A stretch of DNA of 55,438 nucleotides from Deltaproteobacteria bacterium (GCA_029262475.1 JAJCZG010000022.1:1-55438), one strand, 5' to 3'. Positions 18,920 through 27,425 are shown, numbered from the stretch's first letter. Program-made: numbers and translations. The notes: a model not told the origin generated them from the letters alone.

Positions 18920-20869
18920 ATGAGTAAAACCACTATTGCAGATACTGGCGGAAAAGGCTTTACCTTCACCTCCGACGACGCCTATCTCTTCAAGGAAGGC
19001 ACGCATTATAAGCTTTATGAGAAGCTCGGTTCAACCCTCGTAAAGGAAAAGGGAGTCGATGGGGGAAGTTTCAGGGTATGGGCTCCCAATGCGGATTCAG
19101 TCTCCGTTATAGGAGACTTTAACGGCTGGAACTTCACGGCTAACCCCCTTGATGTTCGCCATGACTCATCGGGTATATGGGAGGGTTTTATCCCCGGCCT
19201 CAAGCAAGGGAGCACCTATAAATATCACATCGCCGCGAAGAGCCATGCCAGGGCCGTAGACAAATGCGACCCCTTTGCTCGCCGTGCTGAAGAGCCGCCG
19301 AAGTCTGCTTCGGTCCTCTGGAAGACGGAGTACGACTGGAACGACGGTGAGTGGATGAAATCTCGGGCTAAGAAGCACACCCTCTCCGCTCCCGTATCCA
19401 TCTACGAGGTGCACCTTGGTTCCTGGCGGAGAGTCCCGCACGAACATAACCGTTCTCTCACCTACCGCGAACTCGCTCACGAGCTCTCGGAATATATAAA
19501 GGATACGGGTTTTACACACGTTGAGCTCATGCCCGTAATGGAGCACCCCTTCTACGGCTCCTGGGGCTACCAGATAACAGGGTATTTCGCTCCTTCCAGC
19601 CGCTACGGCACCCCGGAGGATTTAATGTACCTGATAGACCACCTCCACCAGAGCGGCATCGGCGTAATCCTCGACTGGGTGCCGTCTCACTTCCCATCCG
19701 ACGAGCACGGCCTGGCGAACTTCGACGGAACGCACCTCTACGAACACGAGGATTTGCGTAAAGGATTCCACCCGGAGTGGAAGAGCCTTATCTTCAACTA
19801 TGGACGCCACGAGGTACGTGCCTTTCTCATAAGTAATGCCCTATTCTGGCTCGATAAATTCCACATAGACGCCCTCAGGGTAGACGCCGTGGCCTCGATG
19901 CTATACCTCGACTATTCGAGAGAAGAAGGGGAATGGGTGCCCAATGAATTCGGCGGGAACGAAAACATCGAAGCGATGGATTTCATAAAACGTCTTAACA
20001 CTGCGGCCTACGGCGAGTTCCCTGACGTACATATCATAGCCGAGGAGTCAACGGACTGGCCGATGGTCTCCCGCCCTATCTATACAGGGGGCCTGGGCTT
20101 CGGCATGAAGTGGAATATGGGTTGGATGCACGATACCCTCAAGTACTTCTCCAAGGACCCGGTCTACAGGAAATACAGCCACGACAAGCTGACCTTCAGC
20201 CTCTGCTACGCCTTTAACGAAAATTTTATGCTCCCGCTCTCCCACGACGAGGTGGTCCACGGCAAGGGCTCGCTCCTCGGTAAGATGCCGGGGGACGATT
20301 GGCAAAAGTTCGCTAACCTCCGAGCCCTATACGGCTATATGTACGGCCATCCGGGGAAGAAACTCCTCTTCATGGGCGCAGAACTTGCGCAGACAGCGGA
20401 GTGGAACCATGACTGTAGCCTCGACTGGCACCTCCTCGACCACGAGTCGCACTCGGGCGTTAAACGCTGGATAAGCGACCTGAACGCATTCTACAAACGC
20501 GAGCCGGCCCTCTACGAATTAGACTTCGAGCATGATGGATTTGAATGGGTAGACTGCCGTAACTGGGAGGATAGCATTATAAGCTTCATAAGAAAGGGGA
20601 AAGAGCCGGGTAGCGCCGTTCTCGTAGTATGTAACTTTACTCCCGTCCCGAGATATGATTTCCTCGTCGGAGTGCCGTTCGGGGGCTACTGGACCGAAGA
20701 ACTCAATAGCGACTCGACCGCATACTGGGGGAGCGGTCTCGGGAATCTGGGCGGCCTTGAGGCAACGGAAGAGAGGGCCAACGAAAAGCCCTTCTCGCTT
20801 AAGATGACGCTCCCGCCTCTCTCTACCGTCTTCTTTAAAGGAAGAGCGCCAAAGGGGCTCGGCAAATAA
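18920..20869 (+). CDS. glgB: 1,4-alpha-glucan branching enzyme
   Basis: FRVWAPNA, YEVHLGSW, SWGYQ, DWVPSHF, LRVDAVASMLY, AEESTDW, LSHDEVVHGK. Confidence 0.97.
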   Translation: MSKTTIADTGGKGFTFTSDDAYLFKEGTHYKLYEKLGSTLVKEKGVDGGSFRVWAPNADSVSVIGDFNGWNFTANPLDVRHDSSGIWEGFIPGLKQGSTYKYHIAAKSHARAVDKCDPFARRAEEPPKSASVLWKTEYDWNDGEWMKSRAKKHTLSAPVSIYEVHLGSWRRVPHEHNRSLTYRELAHELSEYIKDTGFTHVELMPVMEHPFYGSWGYQITGYFAPSSRYGTPEDLMYLIDHLHQSGIGVILDWVPSHFPSDEHGLANFDGTHLYEHEDLRKGFHPEWKSLIFNYGRHEVRAFLISNALFWLDKFHIDALRVDAVASMLYLDYSREEGEWVPNEFGGNENIEAMDFIKRLNTAAYGEFPDVHIIAEESTDWPMVSRPIYTGGLGFGMKWNMGWMHDTLKYFSKDPVYRKYSHDKLTFSLCYAFNENFMLPLSHDEVVHGKGSLLGKMPGDDWQKFANLRALYGYMYGHPGKKLLFMGAELAQTAEWNHDCSLDWHLLDHESHSGVKRWISDLNAFYKREPALYELDFEHDGFEWVDCRNWEDSIISFIRKGKEPGSAVLVVCNFTPVPRYDFLVGVPFGGYWTEELNSDSTAYWGSGLGNLGGLEATEERANEKPFSLKMTLPPLSTVFFKGRAPKGLGK

Positions 20870-20973
20870 GAGACTGAGCTCTTTACCTCCGGGCCATGAC
20901 GTGGCTGCTGCTTTAAAAAACTTACCTGCCGCGGCGGTGCCGCGGCGGCGGTTGCGGAGCGAAACGCGAGGCG

Positions 20974-21624
20974 TTACTTATTAAATTCGACGATTATCTT
21001 ATCGGCAAGATATTGAGCGGCCCTGGATGTAAGGGTCCCCTTAAGCGCCTTAGTGCTCCTGCCATCAGAGAGGGCGCGGCAAAGTATCTCTGTCTCCTCG
21101 TACCCTGAGAGTGAGCAGGTCGGCAAAATTCCGTCCGTAATCTTTGCGATCTTCTTTCTATCCTTTCCTTCCATGAAGTCAATGCCCACCATAAATGTAA
21201 AGGGAACGATAGAAATCTTGCTGGTCTCTTTTGTCGCATCAAAGCTCTTAGTTAAACATTCACGCGCATTTTTGAGGTCGTCATTTAAAATATAGGCCGA
21301 ACCCGCGCCGAGGTTTATGATTGCCGTTTCAAGCTCGTACTGACTCTTGTCGTCCGGGTTAAGTTCGGCGAGATGAGCGTTCAAGAGCGAAAGGTTCTCA
21401 TAGGCGTCTACGAAGAGCGAATCCAGGCTTATCGCCTGCTGGTACCTCTCGCCGGACTCTATATATAACTCTTCGGCCTTTGCATTATCTGCCTTCTTTA
21501 CATGCTCGTTTGCCCACTCAAAGTAGTGGGAACCCCAGTCGTTAAAGAGTGCCGCATCATTAGGCCTTATCTCATTGGTCTTTATAAAGCTCTCGTTCTT
21601 TATATTGAATTCTTCCTCAGTCAT
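20974..21624 (-). CDS. Hypothetical protein with TPR-like helices
   Basis: 216-aa ORF; ALFNDWG...YQQAISLD...AYENL pattern. Confidence 0.6.
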   Translation of the reverse strand: MTEEEFNIKNESFIKTNEIRPNDAALFNDWGSHYFEWANEHVKKADNAKAEELYIESGERYQQAISLDSLFVDAYENLSLLNAHLAELNPDDKSQYELETAIINLGAGSAYILNDDLKNARECLTKSFDATKETSKISIVPFTFMVGIDFMEGKDRKKIAKITDGILPTCSLSGYEETEILCRALSDGRSTKALKGTLTSRAAQYLADKIIVEFNK

Positions 21625-21784
21625 TCCAAAAGCCCCGTATATGAATTAGGTTATTAACTTCTATGGTGTGATTACAGGATATGCTACCACTTAAAATATT
21701 AGAATACCAGCGCTTAATTGTACTGCGGAAGTCCTCTATGCGGAGACGGGCGGAAGATACGGCGCGCAAAAGGGGCTTTTAGTA

Positions 21785-22375
21785 TCACTCCTCCGGAGCC
21801 ACCGGCGGAAACGTTACAGGCGATACATAATTACCTCCACGCTGCAAAAGCTCAATAGAGTGCCTAGCCCCTTTCTCCTTAAGATAATCCATATACCACT
21901 GGATAGCCTCGCGCGGGGAATCGTCGCGGGCGTTACTCTTAAGGCGCACTATATAGTCGAGGAGGCTCTCGCCGTTAGCGTCCAAATGGTTGAGGATCAT
22001 ATCGGTGTATGTGGTCTTATCCCACTCGTCTCTATCCTTAAGGTAGTACATAAAATCAGAGACAAACTCCTTGCTGGACATGGCGACAGCGTACTCAAGG
22101 ATGGTGGAGTCACTTGTGTCGTTTCCGCAGCTTATAGTGAAGTAGACATCTACAATATCAAGGCTCTTCTTCTCAAGGCGTGAAATGATATCGTCAAAGT
22201 TATTTGAGCTGACCCTGGAGCAAACGTAACGGAGCGTATCACTTGGAATTGATGGTTCCTGAGAGGTCTCGCCGGATGCTACAGAGGCGTCTGCGCGGGG
22301 AAAGGCCGGAAGCAGAACAGAGAGAGCCACGAGGATAACAAGAGTGAAGAGAAAATTCCTTTTAGAGAAACCCAT
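21785..22375 (-). CDS. Hypothetical exported protein with ankyrin-like motif
   Basis: AAGGAG RBS, signal peptide, NHLDANGESLLDY...YLKEKGA. Confidence 0.7.
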   Translation of the reverse strand: MGFSKRNFLFTLVILVALSVLLPAFPRADASVASGETSQEPSIPSDTLRYVCSRVSSNNFDDIISRLEKKSLDIVDVYFTISCGNDTSDSTILEYAVAMSSKEFVSDFMYYLKDRDEWDKTTYTDMILNHLDANGESLLDYIVRLKSNARDDSPREAIQWYMDYLKEKGARHSIELLQRGGNYVSPVTFPPVAPEE

Positions 22376-22567
22376 AAACTCCTTTGCTTATTCCATAAAT
22401 AATAGAAGAAGACCGGTTAGTGCCTAACGATGCGACCGGACAAAGCACCCTGTACCTAAAATTAAATAAGGGGTAAACTATTTATCCGGCAAAACAAGAG
22501 AAGTACCGTGAAAGAACCGTCTCTCTTAAAGCCGTCTCACCCATCCACATCATACAGGGGTAAGGCG

Positions 22568-22602
22568 AAAAAGTCCTGGCAGTTTTGCGTCATGCCAGGG
22601 AC
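22568..22602 (-). terminator. Intrinsic terminator
   Basis: Minus strand GTCC(C)TGGCA-loop-TGCCAGGAC followed by TTTTT. Confidence 0.6.
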
Positions 22603-22658
22603 GCTATACGGCAGCCGTCGCTACAGTGGGCTACGCGTGGTAGCATGAAACGTCTCAT
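22590..22658 (-). CDS. Putative 22-aa small or leader peptide MRRFMLPRVAHCSDGCRIASLA
   Basis: AAGGAG RBS 8 nt before the ATG, near-consensus promoter upstream, stop codon inside the terminator hairpin. Confidence 0.45.
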   Translation of the reverse strand: MRRFMLPRVAHCSDGCRIASLA

Positions 22659-22692
22659 CTCTAATCTCCTTGATATTGAGGCTACTCTATTA

Positions 22693-22721
22693 ATTATACT
22701 ACCGCATGGCGACTTATGCAA
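22693..22721 (-). promoter_or_regulatory. Sigma70 promoter
   Basis: TTGCAT-N17-TATAAT on the minus strand. Confidence 0.65.
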
Positions 22722-22815
22722 AAGGGTTTTTAATAATTAAAAATCTATTTTAAAGTCGTAAGAGCCACAGGGTATTTCACCCTGGTGTAAGCAGATGGAG
22801 CGGCACCTGGCGAGT

Positions 22816-23082
22816 CTACTTTACTTCGTCCTTCCAACGCCACCACTTAAGAAGCTCCGGGTCGTGGACTTCGTTAGCGGCGAAGTAGACGGCGCATCTG
22901 AAGACATAGAGGAGGCACCGGTCGGCGGTTACGCCGCGCCGGGCATTAAGCCTTTCGTATATCTCTTCACCTTGAGCGTCCCTTAAATCACTCACCTCAC
23001 TATAGCCGAGCTCCGTAAGGAGAGCCGCAATCTTAACGCCCACACCGGGGATTATGCGAAGTCCATTCCTTGCCGGATTCAT
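22816..23082 (-). CDS. Cdd1/McrB-like small helix-hairpin-helix protein
   Basis: IPGVG HhH motif, DRCLLYVFRCAVYFA...LLKWWRWKD; start moved to ATG 23082 (GGAAGG RBS). Confidence 0.8.
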   Translation of the reverse strand: MNPARNGLRIIPGVGVKIAALLTELGYSEVSDLRDAQGEEIYERLNARRGVTADRCLLYVFRCAVYFAANEVHDPELLKWWRWKDEVK

Positions 23083-23143
23083 CTTAAAATACCTTCCGGG
23101 TATTTCAAAAAATCCATAATGGTACGGCGGCGAAGCATCACAT

Positions 23144-24319
23144 TCAAAACTCCACCTCGGTACTATAAAGAATATAAGGAGACTCTTCACTCAACCGGAG
23201 CGCCTCTTTAAGTTCTTCCTTCTTGAAGTTCGGCCAGTCATTATCTGTGGCGGCGCGGTAGAAGCGGTTATAGAATTCGTCGGGGTAGACGGTAACATCT
23301 ATTAAGAGCTTCTTACCTTTTGTACCACCAGCCGGGAGAGAGTACTTAAAATCAAAGCTCTCGCGAGGAAGGATTCTCGTATCATACTCCTCCCTTGAAA
23401 GATCAAGCGGAAGTTTGCGAACTATCCTCTCCACCTTCTCGCTGTCCTTAATAACCCCTCCGTCCCTGCCGGTGAGGCGACCCCTTACGACGACCATTGG
23501 GGTGATATATGTCGGAAAGTAATGTCCGGCACCGGTATTAGTAATCCTTAAGGTGACGGAGCCTTCGCGCTTAACCAGCTTGAAGTCGACGGCGCTCTTT
23601 GTCGTCTCAGGGTCGTGAATCCCTTTGAAGAGGTGGCGGCGCTCCGGCATATGGCAGTCCTGACAGGTTACTCCACGCTCTCCGTAAGTGCTCTCCCGCC
23701 ACTCGGTGAATGTATTTACGAGCGGCTTACCATTTAGGACAAAACCGTTATCCAGTTGGTGACACGCGGCACAAAACGTAGAGCTGGTGAAGAGCGGATT
23801 CATGACCGTACTATGAAGCCCCTCCAGTGCACCTGCTGCCGGTTTTACCGGGCCGTTTATGGTGCCTGAGCGCATATGACATGCCACGCACGTTACGCCG
23901 GCCTTCTGGAGTTCTTCGTTAAAGAAGGGGTTCTTCTCGTAGCCGCCACCCGTATCCGTATTAGCCCGGATCTCGCTTTGAATAAGTGCCGGAGCGTGAC
24001 ATTTGTAACAGCTATAAGCGAACTCCGGGTCAGTTAGCGGATGGAGCTGGGTCGAGAGGCCGGGGCTAAAACTTTTAGCATGAAGAGAAGCGCTCCACTC
24101 CCTCACCTTACCCGGGTGACAGGCCGAACACTCTCCCGACGTAAGCCCCGCCACTGAGTGCCCTACCATAACCGGCCTTGACCAGTGGGGGGCGCTCTCC
24201 GTAGCCCCATGCGTACTCATTTTATCTATCTCAATAGGAGCAGCTTCAGCACCGGCCAGAGTAGCGGCAGAGATAAGTAGAGCTAGAGAAAAAGCTATAT
24301 CCGGAAGACAACGTATCAA
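23144..24319 (-). CDS. Exported pentaheme c-type cytochrome (c554/c552-4-like)
   Basis: Five CxxCH motifs (CSACH, CYKCH, CVACH, CAACH, CQDCH), W..S.HA and N.GAGH.FPT motifs; probable TTG start at 24319 followed by a signal peptide. Confidence 0.85.
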   Translation of the reverse strand: MIRCLPDIAFSLALLISAATLAGAEAAPIEIDKMSTHGATESAPHWSRPVMVGHSVAGLTSGECSACHPGKVREWSASLHAKSFSPGLSTQLHPLTDPEFAYSCYKCHAPALIQSEIRANTDTGGGYEKNPFFNEELQKAGVTCVACHMRSGTINGPVKPAAGALEGLHSTVMNPLFTSSTFCAACHQLDNGFVLNGKPLVNTFTEWRESTYGERGVTCQDCHMPERRHLFKGIHDPETTKSAVDFKLVKREGSVTLRITNTGAGHYFPTYITPMVVVRGRLTGRDGGVIKDSEKVERIVRKLPLDLSREEYDTRILPRESFDFKYSLPAGGTKGKKLLIDVTVYPDEFYNRFYRAATDNDWPNFKKEELKEALRLSEESPYILYSTEVEF

Positions 24320-24323
24320 AGCA

Positions 24324-25223
24324 TTACCTTGAGCACGGGTTCGCAGCACACGGGTTTTTAGGCCTGGAGTTCGCATTGACGTATGCAGCAAGTGCCGTCA
24401 TCTCACGGCTATTCCAGGAAAGATAATCTCCCTTCATCGGGTTCTTCATACAAAAATTTATCATCTGGTCGAGTGTTACAAAATCTTTGGTCATGGAGAC
24501 ATATTTAGGATAGGGTTCGGAGTAAAGCCCCTGTCCGGACGGATGACACGTGGCACATGATAAACCCGAGGTGCCAAGCGAAGTGTCCTTCCAGAGCCTC
24601 TTGCCCATTGCTGAAAGTTTTGATTCTTCTACAAAAGGCTTGCTTCTTATGAGAATATTTTTCGTAGCACACGGGTTAGCGGCACACGGGTTAGCGGCAC
24701 ACGGGTTCGCAGCACACGGGTTCGCAGCACACGGGTTCGCAGCGCACGGGTTAGCGGCGCACGGGTTAGCGGCACACGGGTTCGCAGCACACGGGTTAGC
24801 GGCACACGGGTTAGCGGCGCACGGGTTAGCGGCGCACGGGTTAGCAGCGCACGGGTTGGCGGCGCACGGGTTAGCGGCACACGGGTTAGCGGCACACGGG
24901 TTAGCGGCGCACGGGTTAGCGGCGCACGGGTTAGCGGCGCACGGGTTAGCAGCGCACGGGTTGGCGGCGCACGGGTTGGCGGCGCACGGGTTAGCGGCGC
25001 ACGGGTTAGCAGCGCACGGGTTGGCGGCGCACGGGTTAGCGGCACACGGGTTAGCGGCGCACGGGTTAGCGGCGCACGGGTTAGCAGCGCACGGGTTGGC
25101 GGCGCACGGGTTGGCGGCGGGTTCTCCGGCGGGACGTTTCCCGGCTGCCGCTACACTACTAACCCCGTAGCCTAAAGAGATGAAGATAGCTAGCATAATT
25201 ATCGGCACTAATCTTCTAAACAT
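24324..25223 (-). CDS. Exported monoheme c-type cytochrome with 30 AANPC repeats
   Basis: AAGGAGG RBS, signal peptide, (AANPC)30, CATCH heme motif, TLDQMINFC motif, C-terminal KNPCAANPCSR. Confidence 0.88.
   Translation of the reverse strand: MFRRLVPIIMLAIFISLGYGVSSVAAAGKRPAGEPAANPCAANPCAANPCAANPCAANPCAANPCAANPCAANPCAANPCAANPCAANPCAANPCAANPCAANPCAANPCAANPCAANPCAANPCAANPCAANPCAANPCAANPCAANPCAANPCAANPCAANPCAANPCAANPCAANPCAANPCATKNILIRSKPFVEESKLSAMGKRLWKDTSLGTSGLSCATCHPSGQGLYSEPYPKYVSMTKDFVTLDQMINFCMKNPMKGDYLSWNSREMTALAAYVNANSRPKNPCAANPCSR
24669..25118 (-). repeat. 15-bp coding minisatellite, 30 units
   Basis: Units GCy GCn AAC CCG TGy; variation only at wobble positions. Confidence 0.97.
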
Positions 25224-25300
25224 TTTTTCCTCCTTAAAAAATTAGGTTAATCGTCTTCTTGAAAAATATCGAAGTTGATGATTACTGAAAAAAACGCGCA

Positions 25301-25325
25301 TGTCGTTTCAAGCCTTGAAACGACA
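25301..25325. promoter_or_regulatory. Perfect 25-bp palindrome (operator or hairpin)
   Basis: TGTCGTTTCAAG-C-CTTGAAACGACA, ~80-100 bp upstream of the cytochrome start. Confidence 0.55.
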
Positions 25326-25409
25326 CTATCACATTTGTACTTCTACGGACTGTAAGATAGATTACACCGGGACCGAACAGATAAGATTCTAATCATTCAG
25401 CTCGGCATG

Positions 25410-25890
25410 TCACCCGGTAAAGAGATCATAGTTATCAAGAAATACTTTATGGACCGTTGGACAGAAATCCCCCCCCGGGATTCGTCTTTTCGTCACCTTC
25501 GGCCATAATCTCAAATGTACGGTCATATTCTATCGCCGGTTTATAGACCCGCGTTGAGACCAGTGCGTCGAATGTATCGACGACCGAGACTATGCGGGCC
25601 GAGATCTGGCAACGGATAGGCGCTGGTGATCGCCGATGATCTTAGCTCCGAAAATCGTATGTTTCTTCATTACCGCCGCTTCGGAGGAATTCACTAAAAC
25701 TCTCTCTCCCCTTCTCCTCACTTAAAAGGATCTCTCCGAAGAAATCAGCGACCTTCATACCCTTCAGGGTCTGGCCGAATAGCTCACAGGCCGCCGGATT
25801 GACATAAGTAAATACCGTCTCCTCCGGCCTCTCATCGAGAGTCGCCGCAAGCGCTCCGAATATGGCATTATCCGGATTGAAGCGGTACAT
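25410..25890 (-). pseudogene. Internally deleted PAS + HD-GYP phosphodiesterase remnant
   Basis: Three fragments with frame changes between them: PAS-like FTYVNPAACELFG; MKKHTIFGAKIIGDHQRLSVARS (from 25670); SARIVSVVDTFDALVSTRVYKPA...stop 25410. The HD and HHE/GYP segments are missing. Confidence 0.75.
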
Positions 25891-26363
25891 CAGAGCCCCC
25901 CGCTAGTAGTCTCTTCGATCCCTTCCTTCGCCCTTCTGATGATATCCCGTTCGTCATCAAAGCTCATAAGAGATAGAGCCTCGTCAATTGGAAACCACCT
26001 GCACTCAGAAACCTCATCGTCGTGATTTGAAGTATCCCCTTCCGTATACTCCATGAGAAAAAAATATACGATCTTAAAAACTTTTTTTGTTACGTGTTGG
26101 TCCTTATACGTATAAAAATATTCTATATCGCCGAGCTTCTTGATGATCCTTCCGTTTAGCCCGGTCTCTTCCCGTACTTCGCGGTGGGCAGTCGCGGCCA
26201 AATTCTCTCCCTCTTCCTGAAGCCCCTTCGGGAGGGCCCAGGGCTTACCCTTGCTGACAGATATGAGAGCAACTTCTATCTCCGCGCCTCTCCTTCTATA
26301 TACCACCCCTCCGGCAGATATAAGGCGGCCCGGCGGTACACCGGCGTCTTTCATATTTTCCAT
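25890..26363 (-). CDS. NUDIX hydrolase (Ap4A hydrolase-like)
   Basis: SAGGVV, WALPKG, Nudix box G.QEEGE...TAHREVREETG. Confidence 0.92.
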   Translation of the reverse strand: MENMKDAGVPPGRLISAGGVVYRRRGAEIEVALISVSKGKPWALPKGLQEEGENLAATAHREVREETGLNGRIIKKLGDIEYFYTYKDQHVTKKVFKIVYFFLMEYTEGDTSNHDDEVSECRWFPIDEALSLMSFDDERDIIRRAKEGIEETTSGGL

Positions 26364-26396
26364 TATACTCCGTAAAGACGGGTTGACAAGACCTAT

Positions 26397-27326
26397 TCAC
26401 TCCTCTATACCGGCTATCCGCTTTAGCCCCGCTTCTCTTGCAAAGGCTAACGCCTCCTCGAACTCCGCCCTGGTGATGGGCCTCGATAACTCAGGAAAGT
26501 CAGGGTTATCGCCGGCCTTATGGCAAGGCCTGTACTGGTCCATGAGATTTACATAAGTACTCGGTGAAAGCTCTTTGGCGATGAACTCCATGACCTCCCT
26601 TGTCCCTGCAATAGACCCGGGCAAGACGAGATGACGCACCATAAGACCCCTTCTAGCTATACCGGCGGGGGTTAGTACGAGTTCCCCCACCTGGCGATGC
26701 ATTTCCATTACGGCGAGCTTAGCAACCTCGAAGTATCCGGGAGCGAAAGAGAGAGCCATCGCAGGCCAGTCGTCGCCGTACTTTATATCAGGCAGGTAGA
26801 TATCAAATATGCCGTCGAGTAATTTTATCGTCTCCGGAGAGTCGTAGCCGCCGGAGTTATAGACTAGAGGGACTTCGAGCCCACCTTCAATCGCCTTCGG
26901 AAGACTTTTGACAATCTGGGCTATTTGGTGAGTCGGGGTAACAAAATTGATATTATGGCAGCCCTTCTCCTGGAGAAGAAGCATGATGGAGGCGAGTTCG
27001 TCTGTGGATATCTCCCTGCCTGAGCCAAGCTGGCTTACCTCATAGTTCTGGCAATATGCGCATGTAAGGTTACATGAGGAGAAAAATATAGTACCACTCC
27101 CGCGTGACCCGGTAAGCGGCGGCTCCTCACCGAAGTGTGGCGCATAGGAGTCTATGACCGGGAGCGCAGCAACGCGGCAGATACCCGTAACCCCTCTCGT
27201 CCTGTCGACCATGCACCCCCTCGGGCATAGCGTGCACTTCTTCATGAGAGCCGTAAGGGTATCTATCCTCGATAAAAGCTCACCGTTCTCATAGAGCCTG
27301 AGATATGAAGGCCTAAAGGTTGACAT
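26397..27326 (-). CDS. PflX-like radical SAM protein
   Basis: CTLCPRGC, HFGEEP, GSGTIFF, CNLTCAYCQN, GCHNINFVTP, YLPDIKY; start at MSTFRPSY. Confidence 0.9.
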   Translation of the reverse strand: MSTFRPSYLRLYENGELLSRIDTLTALMKKCTLCPRGCMVDRTRGVTGICRVAALPVIDSYAPHFGEEPPLTGSRGSGTIFFSSCNLTCAYCQNYEVSQLGSGREISTDELASIMLLLQEKGCHNINFVTPTHQIAQIVKSLPKAIEGGLEVPLVYNSGGYDSPETIKLLDGIFDIYLPDIKYGDDWPAMALSFAPGYFEVAKLAVMEMHRQVGELVLTPAGIARRGLMVRHLVLPGSIAGTREVMEFIAKELSPSTYVNLMDQYRPCHKAGDNPDFPELSRPITRAEFEEALAFAREAGLKRIAGIEE

Positions 27327-27425
27327 GCGTAAAGGATAACACAAGTGGGGGTAAAAACAGCAATCTAAAAGACGGGTATTTATGTCAGATAAGGATGCGG
27401 GAGACTGAAATCATGCGGTGCAGGG

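Noticed and set aside
20927-20950. GC-rich hairpin between the convergent glgB and hypothetical gene
   Set aside because: No directly adjacent U-tract, so not called as a terminator.
24320-24391. ORF-track N-terminal extension of the pentaheme cytochrome
   Set aside because: It overlaps the upstream gene; TTG 24319 gives a proper signal peptide.
24669-25118. Possible CRISPR array
   Set aside because: Contiguous 15-bp units with no spacers, inside a CDS; no cas genes in the window.
24550-25170. ORFs encoding (AAHGL)n on the plus strand and (APLTR)n in another minus frame
   Set aside because: Shadow frames of the 15-bp repeat. The DNA variation is synonymous only in the AANPC frame, which also has the RBS, signal peptide and heme motif.
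24324-25223. AANPC repeats as a RiPP precursor for a DUF692/MNIO-type enzyme
   Set aside because: No such maturase is present in the window, and the nearby radical SAM protein is PflX-like. Modification in trans cannot be excluded.
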